64,000 nt of DNA from Camelus ferus (GCF_009834535.1 NC_045707.1:57910001-57974000), one strand, 5' to 3'; counted from the first letter of the stretch, positions 11,041 to 24,384 are shown. Program-made: numbers and translations. Notes: a model not told the origin generated them from the letters alone.

Positions 11041-13741
11041 ATTTTTTTTAATGATACCAGAGTTTGACAGAAGGTATTTATATATATATGTGAAATGGGG
11101 CTTCAGCAAATGCAGCAAACTCTGAAATTTTCTGCAACTAAGACTCTGAATATTTCTATTAGAAGATGAACACTAGCTGCTCAACTTTGGGCAAAAATTA
11201 CAGCAGAGTAGAAAACAGATTGCTACTCCTTTTCAAGCCAACCATGGCTAAAATGTTTCTTTCTCCTCTAACAAAGAGTGGTTACTGAGTGTAGATATTA
11301 TAATTAGTCACTTACAAGCTAATATTTACTGCTTTAAAACCTATCTTTAAATCACTGTTAGCTTTATTTTGTGCCTTCAGAATCAACCTCAATTATTCCA
11401 AAGTCTTATTTTAAAGAACTTCATTGAGCCATTGTTAAAATAGATATCTCTGTCTACATAGCCGAAGAGAAACTTCAGTCTTCATCTTGGCATAGACAAG
11501 AGCTAGTTGAATGGACAAGCCAGGATAACAGTCACCCTGATGTGGGTTCCATTGCTATTCCCCAGACAAGGACCACATCTGAAGTGGAGTTGTCAAGCCA
11601 TCCAGTCTGACACAGGTTACAAAAGAAGAGCTCAATATGAAAAAAAATGTAGAGGCAGAACCTGAGGATGCATGAAAAGGATTTGCTTTCCTAGGTGAAA
11701 GGATGAAAGTTCCCGTGCATAAAAATGTGAATCATGCTTATTCCTTTCAGCTCAGTAATCTTTCTAAAGAGTCTGAATCTGAGAGGCTCTTCTAATAGCC
11801 TAAAACAATGCTCAAGGTAACTTCATTAAGTCCTCTTGGACCAACACTGATTCACCCTTAGAAATAGGACTTAGCACATTTTCCTAAGTAAGAAGCCTTA
11901 GTTTTATATAATATAATTTTATTAGTCATTTTAATATGCCAATACTGTTTCCAATTTGTGCTTATCTGAGAACTAAGGATGAGAAATTTGTATCTAACAC
12001 TTTGATGATAGGTATTTTTTGAAAGCCTTAATTTTTATAAATAGATATTACATTAAGCACTGCATCACTGAATTCTGCCACATAGATCTATACGGGTGAC
12101 TCAGATACTTCCTTGGTTTTATTTCCATTGAGACTGCATTTGGAGAATAGAAAGTGGACTTACCAACTTGTGGAAGACAGTACTGTTGCTCTTTCATGTG
12201 TTCTATGCATTTAGAGTCAAATTTGTATTTTTAATAAGGGGCCCTTCTGCATTGTTTGCCTCAACAGGCTGGCAAATCCAGTAAGGTTTTCTTTATTTTG
12301 AAACTTTCCAGGCATTCTACTTGCTTTTTTTTTTTTTTTCACCATGCCTTAATTGTATACATTCATTTTCAATTTTATGCATTATTTGAGGATAAACTAA
12401 ATGTCCAGCAACATGGTAAGTAATGATAAGTGGGCAACCATGGATTAAAAAGATTAATTAATCTATACACTCAAGGAATATTCTAATCTAGTGGATATAT
12501 GTATACAAATAACATCATATGTCATGAAGTGCCTTTCCTTCTGCCCACTGTAGTCAATGGGGAGAAGAAAAGAAACATGGAAATTTGGAAAAGGTAATTA
12601 GACATGGTGTTTTCTAAGATTAAGCTAATAGAGTTAGGAGATAACATAAAAGAGAGCATATGAATCTTATAAGGTAGTTATTGATAAAAGATTAACCTAA
12701 ATAATGTAAGATGACTGCTTTTTAAAAAATACTTAGGGAAAGCAGAAAAAATAAGACAGGGGAAAGAAAACAAGCCAATGTAGGAGGCAAGTCAATGCCC
12801 TTCCCCCAACTTCCTGATCTACAGGAATTGCTGCACTCACCTCTCCAAAGCCAGCCTTGGGAAGAACAATGACTCACATTGCCAAATTTTCAACCATATG
12901 ATTTGACAGATACAAGATACTGTAATGGCCTTGCTAACTACTGGGAAAAGGGCTGTGACTTGGAACAGAAGGGAAGGCAAAGACTTGGAGCAGGACAAGA
13001 GAAGGAATAAAAAGGACAAAAGCCCAGTGTAATGGAGGGAAGGGCAATGGTAGAGGAAGAAGTAGATGAGTTGAAGAAAGAAGATGGATTCTTATTCGGT
13101 ACATGGAGATGAGTTAGATTACAGGGTGAAGCACATAATTTTTCACAAACATGCCCAATATGTACATTCCAGATTTTTATTACTGGAAGCACTGAGCAAT
13201 GACCTGTTTGAACATTCTTCAGCATTCTGGGTGTATGCTTAGCTGGCAAAGGAGAGTCAGTAGATGCTGCCTCCACCAGCACCACAGATCTAGGTACACT
13301 GGCACCTGCAGGAGTAATCAAGTACCAAAAGAAATCACTCAGGGAAATACTGCAATAGAAGAATCTGGAAAACTGTCTCTTCCGACCATTGTTCAGCGTA
13401 TCCAGAGTAAAGCTACCAATTGCTCCTCTGGAGTCAAAGGAAATGGGTTATGATTGGCAGTAACTACAAGGAAAAAGTTATTAAATGATATTAGAGAAGT
13501 ATAATATACTTTGGAGGCTCAAAGAGGATGCTATCACTTCCTATTATGATGATGAGGGAGAGCTTTATGGAGAATATGACATTTGAAGAGGATAAGACTG
13601 ATAGATTGAACTAGGAAAAAAGGCATTCCTAGTAAAGGAAACATCAAAAACAAAGGAACAAAAACAGAAAATTATACAAATATGGCTATAACACAATGTA
13701 TATGAAGGAAGTCTTAGGAGACGAGGCTGCAAAGAGAGATT

Positions 13742-15940
13742 GGATTAGAAAATATCTTGAACTAAATAAAAATAAAAATGAATGAAATATATCAAAGTTT
13801 ATGAGATGCAACCAAAGTATATCTTAGAGAAAAACACACCATAAGAAGCCTATCTTGGAAAAGAAGAAAAGTCTAATATTTACTTTAAGAGACTGGAAGA
13901 GCAAACTAAATCCAAAGCAAGCAGAATAAAGGAAATAATAAAGATAAGACCAGAAAGCAATAAACTTGAAAAAAGAACAATAGAAGACATTTATAGAACC
14001 AAAGATCAATGAAATTGATAAACCACTAGCCAAACTGACTAAGAATAAAAGCAACACAAACTATTAATAAAAATAATGAAAGAGGGGTTGTCAGTACGTT
14101 CCCCGCTGACCATGAAAGGATAGTAAAGGAATACTCTGAACAAGTTTATGCGTTAAAACTGGACAACTTAGATGAAAGGGGCCAATTTCTTGAAATAGGA
14201 AATCTACTAAAACCCACTCAAAAGGAAATAGCTAAACTGAAGACTCAAATATCTATTAAATAAATCGAATTCAAAAATATTCCAACAAAGCAAATTCCAA
14301 GCCCAAATGGTTTCACTGGCAAATTCCACCAAACTTTTGAGAAATAAAATCTACACAATCTCTTCTAGAAAGTAAAAATAGAGATAACACTATCAAACTA
14401 ATTTTAGTGGACCAGCATTACTCTGATACCAAAGTATAAAAAATAAAACTATAGAACTATATACCTCATTAATGTAGATACAGAGATCTTCAAGAAAACA
14501 GTATGAAACTGAATCCAGCAATATATCAAAAAGATAATACAGCGTGACTGAGTAGGGTTTATACTGGAAATGCAATGCTGGATCAACATTCAAAAATCAA
14601 TGTCATGCATCTTTTTAACACACTAAAGAAGAAAGACCAGGTCATATCGATAGATGCAGAAAAAGCTTCAAGAAAATTAAAACTTTATTCATGATTTAAA
14701 AAAAAAAACTTTAAAAAGTAGAAATAGAAGGAAACTTCCTTAATCTGATAAAGGAATCTAAGAAATACCAAAAAGCAATGTAATACTTAATGGTGAAAAA
14801 CTGATTGTGTTCCCATTAAGATAAGGAACAAGGCAAAGATGTCTGCTCTTGCAATTCCTTTTCAATTTTCCTGGAGATTATAGCTATAGCAATAAAGCAA
14901 GAGAATAAAAAGCAAAAGATACTCATTTAGTTTGGAAAGGAAGAGCTAAAACCATCTCTATTAGCAGATGACATGATTTTCTATGTAGAAAATCCCAAGG
15001 TATGGTCAAAGAAAGCTCCTGAAACTAATAAGTGAGTTTAGTAGTGTCACAGGATAAAATATCATTATAAAAAATTCACCAGTTTCTGTATACTATGAAT
15101 GCGTAAATAAAAACTGAAGTTTTAAAAAGTACTATTTATAACAACTCCAAAAAGGGTTAAATACTGAAGTGTAAATATGACAAATACACTCATGATATAT
15201 ACGTTGAAAACTTGAAAACATGGGTGAAAGAAACTGAAGAAGACCTTTAAAAATGAAGAGATATACAGAAGACAGAATATTGTAAAGATCTCAATTGTCC
15301 CCTATGATCTGTAGATTTAATGAAATCCCAATCAAAAACCCAGAAGCAGCATGATTCTTCTTCTCAGAAGATATAACAAGCTGATTCTAAAAGCTTTCAG
15401 AAAAGTAAAAGAACTAGAATAACCAAAACAATGAAAAGCCAAAGGAAGATCAAAGTTGGTGGATTCACAGTACCAGATTTTTCAGACTTACTATAAAGCT
15501 AATGATCAAAGCAGGGTGATATTAGTGAAAGGACAAAGATTTGTGAAACAGAATAGACACTAAAAGAAAACAAACACAAATATGGCCACCTGGTATTTGG
15601 CAATGTGCAAAAGCAATTCAGTGGAGTGGGGAGAGTATAGCTCAAGTGGTAGAGTGGTTGCTTAGCATCCGTAAGGTCCTGGGTTCAATCCTCAGCACCT
15701 TCTCTAAATAAATGAATATGTAAACCTAATTACCTCCCCCCACAAAAAGTAAGTAAATAAATAAAAAAATTTTTAAAAAAGCAATTCAATGGAGAATGGA
15801 TTTGTTTTCAACAAGTGGTGCAAGAACAACTGAACATCCATATGTAAAAAAAAGAAAAAAAGAAGAAAAGACCTTAACTTGGATTTCTCACTTTATATAG
15901 AAAATGCCTCAGAATGTAAACTATAAAACTATAATAGTGT
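13742..15940 (+). mobile_element. Decayed L1M ORF2 fragment (endonuclease-distal through RT), interrupted by a SINE
   Basis: 'aagatcaatgaaattgataaaccactagccaaactgac', 'cccaaatggtttcactggcaaattccaccaaac', 'ggaacaaggcaaagatgtctgctc' (GTRQGC), 'ctctattagcagatgacatgatt' (LFADDM-like RT motif); many stops and frameshifts. Confidence 0.9.
15627..15776 (+). mobile_element. Camelid tRNA-derived SINE (vic-1 type)
   Basis: 'ggggagagtatagctcaagtggtagagtg...ggtcctgggttcaatcctcagcacct...aacctaattacctcccccc'; 18-bp TSD aaaagcaattcaRtggag at 15609-15626 and 15777-15794. Confidence 0.9.
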
Positions 15941-16585
15941 GAAAGAAAACAAAGGAGGGAAGGAGAGAGAAGGAAGATGATGACAGAGCCCTAATTAACA
16001 TCTCAACATCTGCTACAGATACATATACGTTTTCCTAACTGCTTAAAGATGGTTCTATTTACCAAACTAGAGAGAGACTTCTCATCAACTCTTTCCCTGT
16101 CCACTGGAAGAAGAGAGGATAACTTCCAAGATACGGCACTTAGTATTGAGGTTCATGATGAGGATACCCTATGGAGAACACTCAGAAAAATCTTTTAAAT
16201 ATCCTCCAAGTCGGCCAGGAGTCACTGCCAAAATAGTTATTTATTACCTCCCAAGACTAACTCATATTTTTCCAGGACAAACTTACTATAGCCTTTGCTC
16301 CATTCTTTTAATTTCATACTTTTATAACTATGACTCTTGTTGATGACATGGTGCAAACTCAACAACAAACTCATCAGGAATATTAAATGCCATCATTTAC
16401 ATTTCCATACCTTAATTCCCCAGTATAGTTACTCTGACACCCCTCTCAAAAAAGAAAGAAAAAAAAATTAGCACAATTTAATTAATGAAACATGACATAC
16501 CCTGGTTAACCTATATTTGGATGAATTGTCTTCAAGGATGCGTGCTTGATTAGGTAAGTCAATGTTTACCCCTTACAAGGTTTTT

Positions 16586-16587
<2 letters not shown>

Positions 16588-16618
<31 letters not shown>
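16588..16618. repeat. Poly-T tract
   Basis: About 31 consecutive T. Confidence 0.95.
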
Positions 16619-16622
<4 letters not shown>

Positions 16623-17455
16623 CTCAGTCAAAGCCTGTTGCTAAGTCAACAAATGAAAAAACTGCTCTAGAATGAGTTGGAAGAGCTTTCTCCTTATTAG
16701 GGTTGAAGAGTTTGTAAAGTATGATGAGAGGCAATTCTTGTGTGACTGGGAGATACTTTCAATTGCTCAGACTTTTTACACTTATTTTGTGTTTTGTTTT
16801 AGTTTTTTTCACTAGGTGGTGACGTGCTAAGCGAAATTAACTCTGAGGTTTCCTGCTGTTGATTTTCTGAGGACACAGAGAGCAACATTCATCAGATAAG
16901 GCATTATGGGGTGGAGATGTAAAGTTGCACTTCTCCGTTACTTTACGCTTAACTAGAAACAAGTAAAATGTTCAAAGGTAGAAGATAAGATGATTAAAAA
17001 AATTGGATAAATTGGATAAATGTGTTCCTAGAAGAAAAAAAATTAATTACATAATTAGTAAGAGAAATTTTTATTAAGAATTAAACATAAGGTAATATTA
17101 TTCCCAATACATCTATCTTTGTTGTTTTCACTGAGGCTTTCAATATTTCTTATCTTGTTTGATGAAATAAACTGTTAATTAATTGCCATATTCAAGTCTT
17201 CTATAAAGAGATCTTCCAAAAATCAAATCTGATTTTACCACTCTTGATTTTTTAAAAAGACTTCCAAAGACTCATTTGAAAACTCAAAACCAAAATTTAC
17301 CTGTTCCTCAGCCACTTCACAATCCAGCAGCAGCCCTCTCTTTGGAAAGCCTCCACCTCCCCACCACTGCCCACACTCACACCCTCCCCTCTACCAAGCC
17401 TAACCTATCACCTCTCACTGGAAAAGTTATACCCTTTCCAACTCCATGACTGTCA

Positions 17456-17730
17456 CAGGAAAAAGACCAGGGTGAGAGAGCAAGGCACTCACTTCAGGCA
17501 CAAAATTTAAAGTGACAGCAAAAAAACTCAAGAATCAAGACAAATATTTTAATGCAATACTTTTTTTAAAAATACGGAACACTTCATGAATTTGTGCGTC
17601 ATCCTTGCACAGGGGCCATGCTAATCTTCTCTGTATCATCCCAATTAATGCAATATTTTTTAAAAAAAAATCTAAATCAATGAAAAAATGCATAATAAAT
17701 AAAATACCAAGATTTTAAATAAAGACAGTA
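17456..17730 (+). mobile_element. hAT-type MITE (MER96B-like), host of the U6 insertion
   Basis: 'agggtgagagagcaaggcactcacttcaggcacaaaatttaa...aaaaaactcaagaatcaagacaaatattttaatgcaata' resumes after the U6 insert through 'aagattttaaataaagacag'. Confidence 0.65.
17568..17646 (-). pseudogene. RNU6: U6 snRNA retropseudogene, 5'-truncated (about nt 28-106)
   Basis: Reverse complement reads aattgggatgatacagagaagattagcatggcccctgtgcaaggatgacgcacaaattcatgaagtgttccgtatttt. This is U6 with an intact ACAGAGA box, followed by a short A tract and flanked by TSD taatgcaataYttttt. Confidence 0.95.
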
Positions 17731-18019
17731 TCAGTTATCCCTACCTGAATTTCTTTCTGCTTAGGAAAGTCTTATTTCTATTTAAAAACTAACTTAAATG
17801 TTATCTTTCTGTGGGTATTATTTTCCCACCTTCCCAGAGGGTGGTACCTTTCTCTGCCTGTAACTCTACTGCCATTTAATTCTCCAGCTGGTGGTGTGCT
17901 TGTCACTCCACTTACACAGCATTTCCAGTGAACTGTAAGAACTTTTAAGCCGTCTCTTTATCCCAGAGATTTATACATATTAGGAGTTCCATAAATATTT
18001 GCTATATGAATAAATAAGT

Positions 18020-18180
18020 TACAGTAAATAGAGAGTGAAACACAAAATTTGGAGTCAGAAACAAATTTCAATTCTACCACCACAACTCATCTCTTTATCA
18101 ATTTTATGGTGCTGGGTATTACTCTGAGCATCCCTTTCCCTATCTTCGAATGGGAATAACTTTATTTCCATAGGATTTTT
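18020..18180 (+). mobile_element. MIR SINE
   Basis: 'tttggagtcagaa...ctctgagcatccctttccctatcttcgaatgggaataac'. Confidence 0.55.
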
Positions 18181-18199
18181 ATAAGCTAGATACTTACTG

Positions 18200-18830
18200 A
18201 ATTTTTTGAAAGAGAGATCAAATAAAGAGAGTATTTATTCATTGGTTTGAAGTGAAGAAGGTGAAGAGAGAGAAAGGGAAGATGGCTTAACAGCAAAAAA
18301 GAGCATGTTTGAAAAGAGGCAGGAAAAGCATCAAATAGATTGTTGGGGAACTGCACGTGGTTCACCATGGCCTCATGTAAACAGTGACTGAATATCAGAG
18401 GATGAGACAGGAAACAAAGCTGGCAGGAACGAGCCCCTGGCTGAGGCTCGAGTCTGATATTCCATCCGGGAATACACGGCGCACTGAGGTAACCTTCAAT
18501 TAACAAGAATGAACTTCTGCCAAAATTAGAAATGGAATTGTAAACTAAGCTTGGCTATGGAGAAAAAAAATTAAATTAAATCGTCATACATTTAAGTTTA
18601 TGTCTATTTCAAATGCACCACAGAATAAGATTTTAAGAGGACTGTGTAATAGGGATAAAAACAAAGAAATCAATCCCTGAGATGTTGGGGGAGTAGAATA
18701 TATAAGATTTGGCAACAGACTGCAAGGCAAGGGGGCAAGGAGGTTATTGAGAGCGAGGTATTTAGGTTGGAAGTATGTCATGAGAAAGGAAAATGCATAA
18801 ATAGAAACACCAGCATTTAAAATGTTCCTA
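18200..18830 (-). mobile_element. L2 fragments
   Basis: Purine-rich antisense L2-like text ('gagcatgtttgaaaagaggcagg', 'gaaacaccagcatttaa'). Confidence 0.45.
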
Positions 18831-19247
18831 ATATAAAATAGGCACCAAATTATCTGGTTTGGGTGCTAGTCTCTTTCCTCAAAACCGCTAGCTCTATGAT
18901 TTTGTTGAAACAGGGTTTGCATTTCAAATGTTGTCTTTCTTGTCTTCCAGCACATAATAAGTAAATGGGAAGAAAGGAAGGAAGGAAGGAAAGAGGGAGA
19001 AAGGGAGAGAGAAAAAAGGAAGGGAGGGATGGCAGCAGGGAAAAAGTCACTATACTACACAGTATACACTATATTCAGTATCTCAGAGAAGACAACCCTG
19101 ATAAAATCATTTTCCAAGCAAAAAGGCAAACATACGAAATATACTTAAAAAATAGGACATCACAAATCTAGCAAAGCTTGCTTTTGGAAAGAAAGCACAT
19201 TAACACCACCCGTCTCTCAATTCCTGCACTGACTTTATGATAGGAAA

Positions 19248-19706
19248 GTGCATCAGTCGGTCCTGACCCAACATAGATGCATAATCAGAAGCTGAAGAAG
19301 GTTGAGTGAAGGGGTATCTACAAAGGTGTGGAGGGATTAAGGGAAAACCAACAAATGTTGATGAAACACCCCAGGACTAACAACACTGAAAAGCTAACAT
19401 CAGCTCTAGACCTAAAGGGGTAGGAGGGAGCAGTTACTAGAACTCAGGGGAGGCTGCACCTGTCGTGCTGGGAAAGGGTACAGGAGCCGTGACTCTGAGG
19501 AGTGTAGCCATTGCCAGGTGTCAAGCCTGCAGGACAGAAACCAAACCCTCTCACTTCCTTATCTCTACCCTCCTGCTGGTGGTTCACTGACTCAACTCCA
19601 GTGGAAGCCAGAAGGCAACAGAGGCCAACCTTAAACACAGTGCAGGGGAGAAGAGTGGAGATTATTGGAGTGGGGGCAGATAGAGAATATTCAGCTAGTA
19701 GCAGAA
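19248..19706 (-). mobile_element. ERVL LTR (LTR33-like) solo LTR
   Basis: 'agggaaaaccaacaaatgttgatgaaacaccccaggactaacaacactgaaaagct...ctctagacctaaagggg' and end 'ggggcagatagagaatattcagc'. Confidence 0.7.
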
Positions 19707-20570
19707 ACCCTTTTTGTTCATCTCTGTACACAGGTCCCACCACCACTACCCCGCCACCTCTACTCAGCATCAGAGACAATGCCTTGCACATAGTTGCCTT
19801 CGATGAAGACTTAATGAATAAAAAGTATATAATGACATGTCCATTCTTAGCAAGGAATTAAATAAGCAGTGAGGAAAAAAATCAGAAGAGAGGAGAGAAG
19901 CAAAGCACATCTAAGCTCAGTCTCTGTGGGTCCCCTGTCTTATTTACAAATCTCTAAAAAGTGCTGGGAGAGGGAAAGGGAGAGACTAGATGGAAGTGAG
20001 AAAAGAGGTATTTTCACGTTTTTTTAAGGACTCACTTAGGATAGGTCTCTTTCTCCAGTCTCTCATATCGGGAGAAAAACTGAGGTGAGATGATTTTCTA
20101 AATGTGTTCATTTTGACATTACCTCCACATTTTGTTTTATTCTCCCCTACCCCTGGAATACCCTCTTCAGTCCTCTGCATTAATCGTCACTGAATAGCCT
20201 CTTCAGGCCGAGAAATTTTTCCCTTACTTTGTTCCTCTTCTACATTAGTGCCCTAGTGTACACTAGTACACTGTGCTTATTTGCTTTTTGCTTTATAATA
20301 GTCCTCTTGGTTTTTAGGGATGTACACTCTGAAATTACTCTGAAAAAGAGAAAATTGATCTAACATAAGTTCAAAATATATTACATGAGAAATGTTTTAT
20401 AAGTGCCACCTTTTTCTTTTCCACAAGTATCCAGCAATACAGATAACATTAATCCTCGCTCGTAGATGAAGAAACTGAGGACAGTCAGTTTTCTCAAATC
20501 TATGCAATAAAGTCAAGATTTCATGTACCTTATTCTTGGAAAAATTTTACATACCCCAGCACTCATCACT

Positions 20571-21005
20571 CGTGGGAGATTAAGAGCTACAATTCTTCAT
20601 ACCCCACCCCCAACGTATCCATAGCCTTTGCCATGTAACTTCACAGATCCTTTCACTGAAGAGGAGGAATACACCCCACCCCTTCACCTTGGGCTCAGCC
20701 CTTCAACACCAGCAATGGAATATCAGCAACACAACACAACCACACGCTTGGAAAGAGCTTGCACAATTGGGCTTGCTCTTTTGCTCCTCTGTCGTTGCCA
20801 TGAGAACATACCCAAGGCGGTCCATTGGTGCCAGGAGAAAAAGGGGAGACGGGGAGCAAAGCCAAATCAAAGTCAAGCCCAGCTTAGCTCAGCTGAGCTC
20901 CAGATCTGTGAGCAGAGCCCAAACAGAGCCACCTACCAAGGCCAGCTGAGAACAGCCAATCCTCAGCTAACTGTAGATCTGCAGAATAAATGATGACTGT
21001 TTTAA
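20571..21005 (+). mobile_element. MaLR LTR (MLT1G/H-like)
   Basis: 'gcttggaaagagcttgcacaattgggcttgctctttt...tgccatgagaacataccc...gcagaataaatgatgactgttttaa'. Confidence 0.7.
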
Positions 21006-21774
21006 AAAACAGCAACAACAACAAAAACCCTGATTTCACAATGCCTGCTCTCCACTATGCCAAATTATTCTTAGGCCCAACACTAACATGATCCTATGAT
21101 CTCAGAGACAGTGACCACCTTGAACCTCAACTCTCCGTTGTAAAAGGAGGAACTAAATTTCTCTTATAAGGATCTCTAAAGTCCCTAAGTTATAATATTC
21201 TATGGTTTTATTTTAATTCTATTTATAGGGGATTTTATTATTTCTTTTCTTTTCTTTCTTTCTTTTTTTTTTTTTTCTTTTTTGGTTTTCTCTTCCTATT
21301 CTTCCCCCCAAATGATAATGCAATGCTATACAACAGTCATTTGTTCATTAGCTTATTCATTCATTTGACAAACTTACTATATGTCAAGCATAGCACAAAG
21401 CTCTGTCAACAGAAACTTATAATTAAGTAAATAAATGTTAATTAGGACAAATACTTAAATAAAAGTACCTCTCAAATTTTTTTCCATGTCAAAGTTATTA
21501 CTTTTACTCATAGGTAGACAATTATGTTGTATCCAGGCTCTAACTTCTTGGAGAGACTATCTTTACTCTAAAAGTAAAGAGGAGTCAGTGAGCAAGTAAT
21601 CGTCTTCCAACTGATTATCAATTTTCCTCCTTGAAAGAGCTGTGCCAGGCCACCAGCCACCTGCTTGGCAGCTAGCTTTCTGTCCAGTTCTCAAGAAACT
21701 CCACAGCCTTTCTCTGTGTTAAAGTGGAGCCTAGAGACGAATGAGTCATAGGAACATGCCTTATGATGAGGTGT

Positions 21775-22183
21775 CATTATGGAGTTAAACAGTGTCCCCC
21801 CTGAAAAAGATATGGTTGAGCCTCAACCTCCAGTACCTCCAAATGTGACCTTATTTGGAGATAGTGTCTTTAAGAGGTAATCAAATTAAAATGAGATCAA
21901 AAAAGTAAGCTCTAATCCAATATGACTGATGCCCTTATAAAAGGGGAAACTTGATCACAGAAACATATACACAATATGCACAAGGGAGACATACACAAAG
22001 GAGACTGCCATCTTCAGGCCAAGGAGAGAAATCGGGGACACATCCTTCCCTCACAGACCAAGCGGAACCCACCCTGCTGGCACCTTGATTTTGGATTTCT
22101 AGCCTCCAGAGACGATAAATTTCCGTTGACTAGGCTACTCCATCCGTGGTATTTTGTTATGGCAGCTCTAGCAAACTAATACA
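21775..22183 (+). mobile_element. MaLR solo LTR (MLT1B-like)
   Basis: 'aatgtgaccttatttggagatagtgtcttt...ctaatccaatatgactgatgcccttataaaagggg...tttgttatggcagctctagcaaactaataca'; 5-bp TSD ggtgt at 21770-21774 and 22184-22188. Confidence 0.9.
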
Positions 22184-22987
22184 GGTGTTTTTGTGGGCAC
22201 TTACCACAGCTGATCCCACTTTAGCCACAAAGAGACTCACAATAAAAAGGAGTTGGTTGTAAATTTGAAGGCTGCGTTTGCCTTTAAGCAAGGTACATTC
22301 TCTAGAATTAGAGAAGTGCATCTGTTTCTGTGACACTGCAGTTTCAGTGGCACTTGAGCAACGATAAAAATATGATTGTGGTTTTGTGATTGACATTTCA
22401 CGAAAAAAGGAGATAAATGTCTTTTTTATACACTACTTTTGAAGAATAAGAATTTTCATATCACCTTAAAATGGTAATTCCAAATTCACAAGAAGTCAGA
22501 ACCATAAAAGTCACTTGGGAATTTTTTTGTAATTTATGTGTTCACTGAATTTGTAATTCTGGAACTGTGGCATATATGCTGGGAAAGTGAACTGTTAATA
22601 CGAAAATAGGAATTTCTAGTTCTACTTAAGGGATATTTATTTGAAGTCTAACATTGGCAAGGCTTTTGTTTGAAGAGCTTCACCAAAGCAAATCTTTCAG
22701 TTCTGAAGTCAGGTTTCTAAATGTTAATTTTGAATGAAGAAACTACTTGAAGTTGCTTTTCTCACAATCTCATGAATCCACAAATGACTCCAGCAAAGTT
22801 GCCATCTTCATAAACATTCTATCATTTCCAGATGGCTTTAATATTTGAGTCTCTCAATATGTCATAACTTAAACATACCACCTCCCCCCCCCCACTTGCT
22901 CCTCCTCCTCACTTGTGTATTTCTGTTCATGGTAGCACTATTCTTTCAATCTCCCAGGATGCATTTAATTATTCTAGATAACCTTCT

Positions 22988-23496
22988 TGATTAGCCAAGA
23001 TTCTCCAGAGAAACAGAGCCAATAGGATATATATAGATATATAGAAAGAGATTTACTATGAGGGATTGGTTTATGCAGTTATAAAGACTGAGAAGTCTCA
23101 CAATCTACCACCTGCACACTGGAGGCCCAGGAAAGTCAGTGGTGTTGATCCAATTCCCACCCGAAGGTCTGAGATCCAAGGTAGCAGGTAAGTTCTAGTC
23201 AAAGCTCTGAAGGTCTGAGGATCAGGAGTACAAATGTCTAAGGGCAGGAGAATGGATGTTCTGGGTCAGGCAGAGAGCAAATTTGCCCTTCCTTGGCCTT
23301 TTTGTTCTGTCCGGTCTTCAATGGATTGGATGATGCCCATCCACACTGAGGAGGGTGATCGTCTAGACTCAGTCTATTAATTGAAGTACTAATCTCTTCT
23401 GGGAATATCCTCATATACACAGTCAGGTATAATGTTTTACCAGCTCTTGGGCACCCATTAGCCCAGTCAAGTTGACACATCAAATTAACCATCACA
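22988..23496 (-). mobile_element. ERVL solo LTR (MLT2B-like), nested in an L2
   Basis: 'attctccagagaaacagagccaataggatatatatag...cccagtcaagttgacacatcaaattaaccatcaca' (reverse of the TGTGATGGTTAAT start); L2-like sequence on both sides (about 22820-22985 and 23500-23900). Confidence 0.9.
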
Positions 23497-23947
23497 CTTT
23501 TTCTTTCCCCATATTCACTTAATTATCAAGCCCCGTGGATTCTATATTTGTTCTTTGTTTGGCATGCCACTACCTCACTTCAGCTGCATTTACTCATCCT
23601 ATTACAGCAGCCTGTTAAATGTATCTCCATCTCCAAAAGACTTTTTCTCTATGCTAGCCTACCTAGTTTAATGTTCCTTTAAGCACAATGTTATTTAAGT
23701 TACTCTTCTGCTCAAAATTCTTCAAGGGTTCTCAATTTCTTAACAATAAAATCCAACATTTAAAGATTTTTAAAATAATTTTTATCCTTATTCTTTTTTA
23801 CTTCCTTTTCCACATTCACCTCATTTTTCCTTTTTTCCCACACTTTTCTTTATAACTTCCTTGTTACTCAGAATGTCTCCTCCATATTCCAAAGCCCATT
23901 TCAAAGATAACTTTCTCTTTTTCTGAAATCTGATAGAGCCACACAAT

Positions 23948-24250
23948 CAGGTCCAATAGATTTCTGAATTCAGAATTTTTTGAAGTTTACACAGAAAATG
24001 TGCACATACTATTTATTACATAACATTCCCAGTGGAGCCTGATCAGTTTTCTGAGTTCAAACACATCCATTTTTATGCAATAAAACATAAAGTAAATCAC
24101 CCTAAGTGGGATAAATAAATACTATAGATAGCTTCATGTCAGTTCATGTCAGAATTTGCAATCAAATGACTTTGCCACAAACTTATTTTTGAAAAACTCA
24201 GGTTTTCAGAGTTTTATAGATTTTAGAACTGTGGATAAGGATGCTGTGGG
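23948..24250. mobile_element. Tigger-family MITE (MER46C-like)
   Basis: 'gaattcagaattttt...taagtgggataaataaatactatagatagcttcatgtcagttc...ttttcagagttttatagattttagaactgtggataagg'. Confidence 0.7.
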
Positions 24251-24384
24251 TCTTTTCTTTATACTTAAAATGCTTACAGATTAACTAATGTCTACCTGGT
24301 TTACATTTGTTTATACCTATCATATAAGGAGAACATACTATTGACCAGGTACTATAATAAATGTTTTATATACATGTATCAATA

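Noticed and set aside
15627..15702. tRNA-like sequence (also at 5688 and 45270)
   Set aside because: SINE heads with tails and TSDs, not tRNA genes
20253..20266. Perfect 14-bp palindrome CTAGTGTACACTAG
   Set aside because: A few palindromes of this length are expected by chance in 64 kb (64000/4^7 is about 4)
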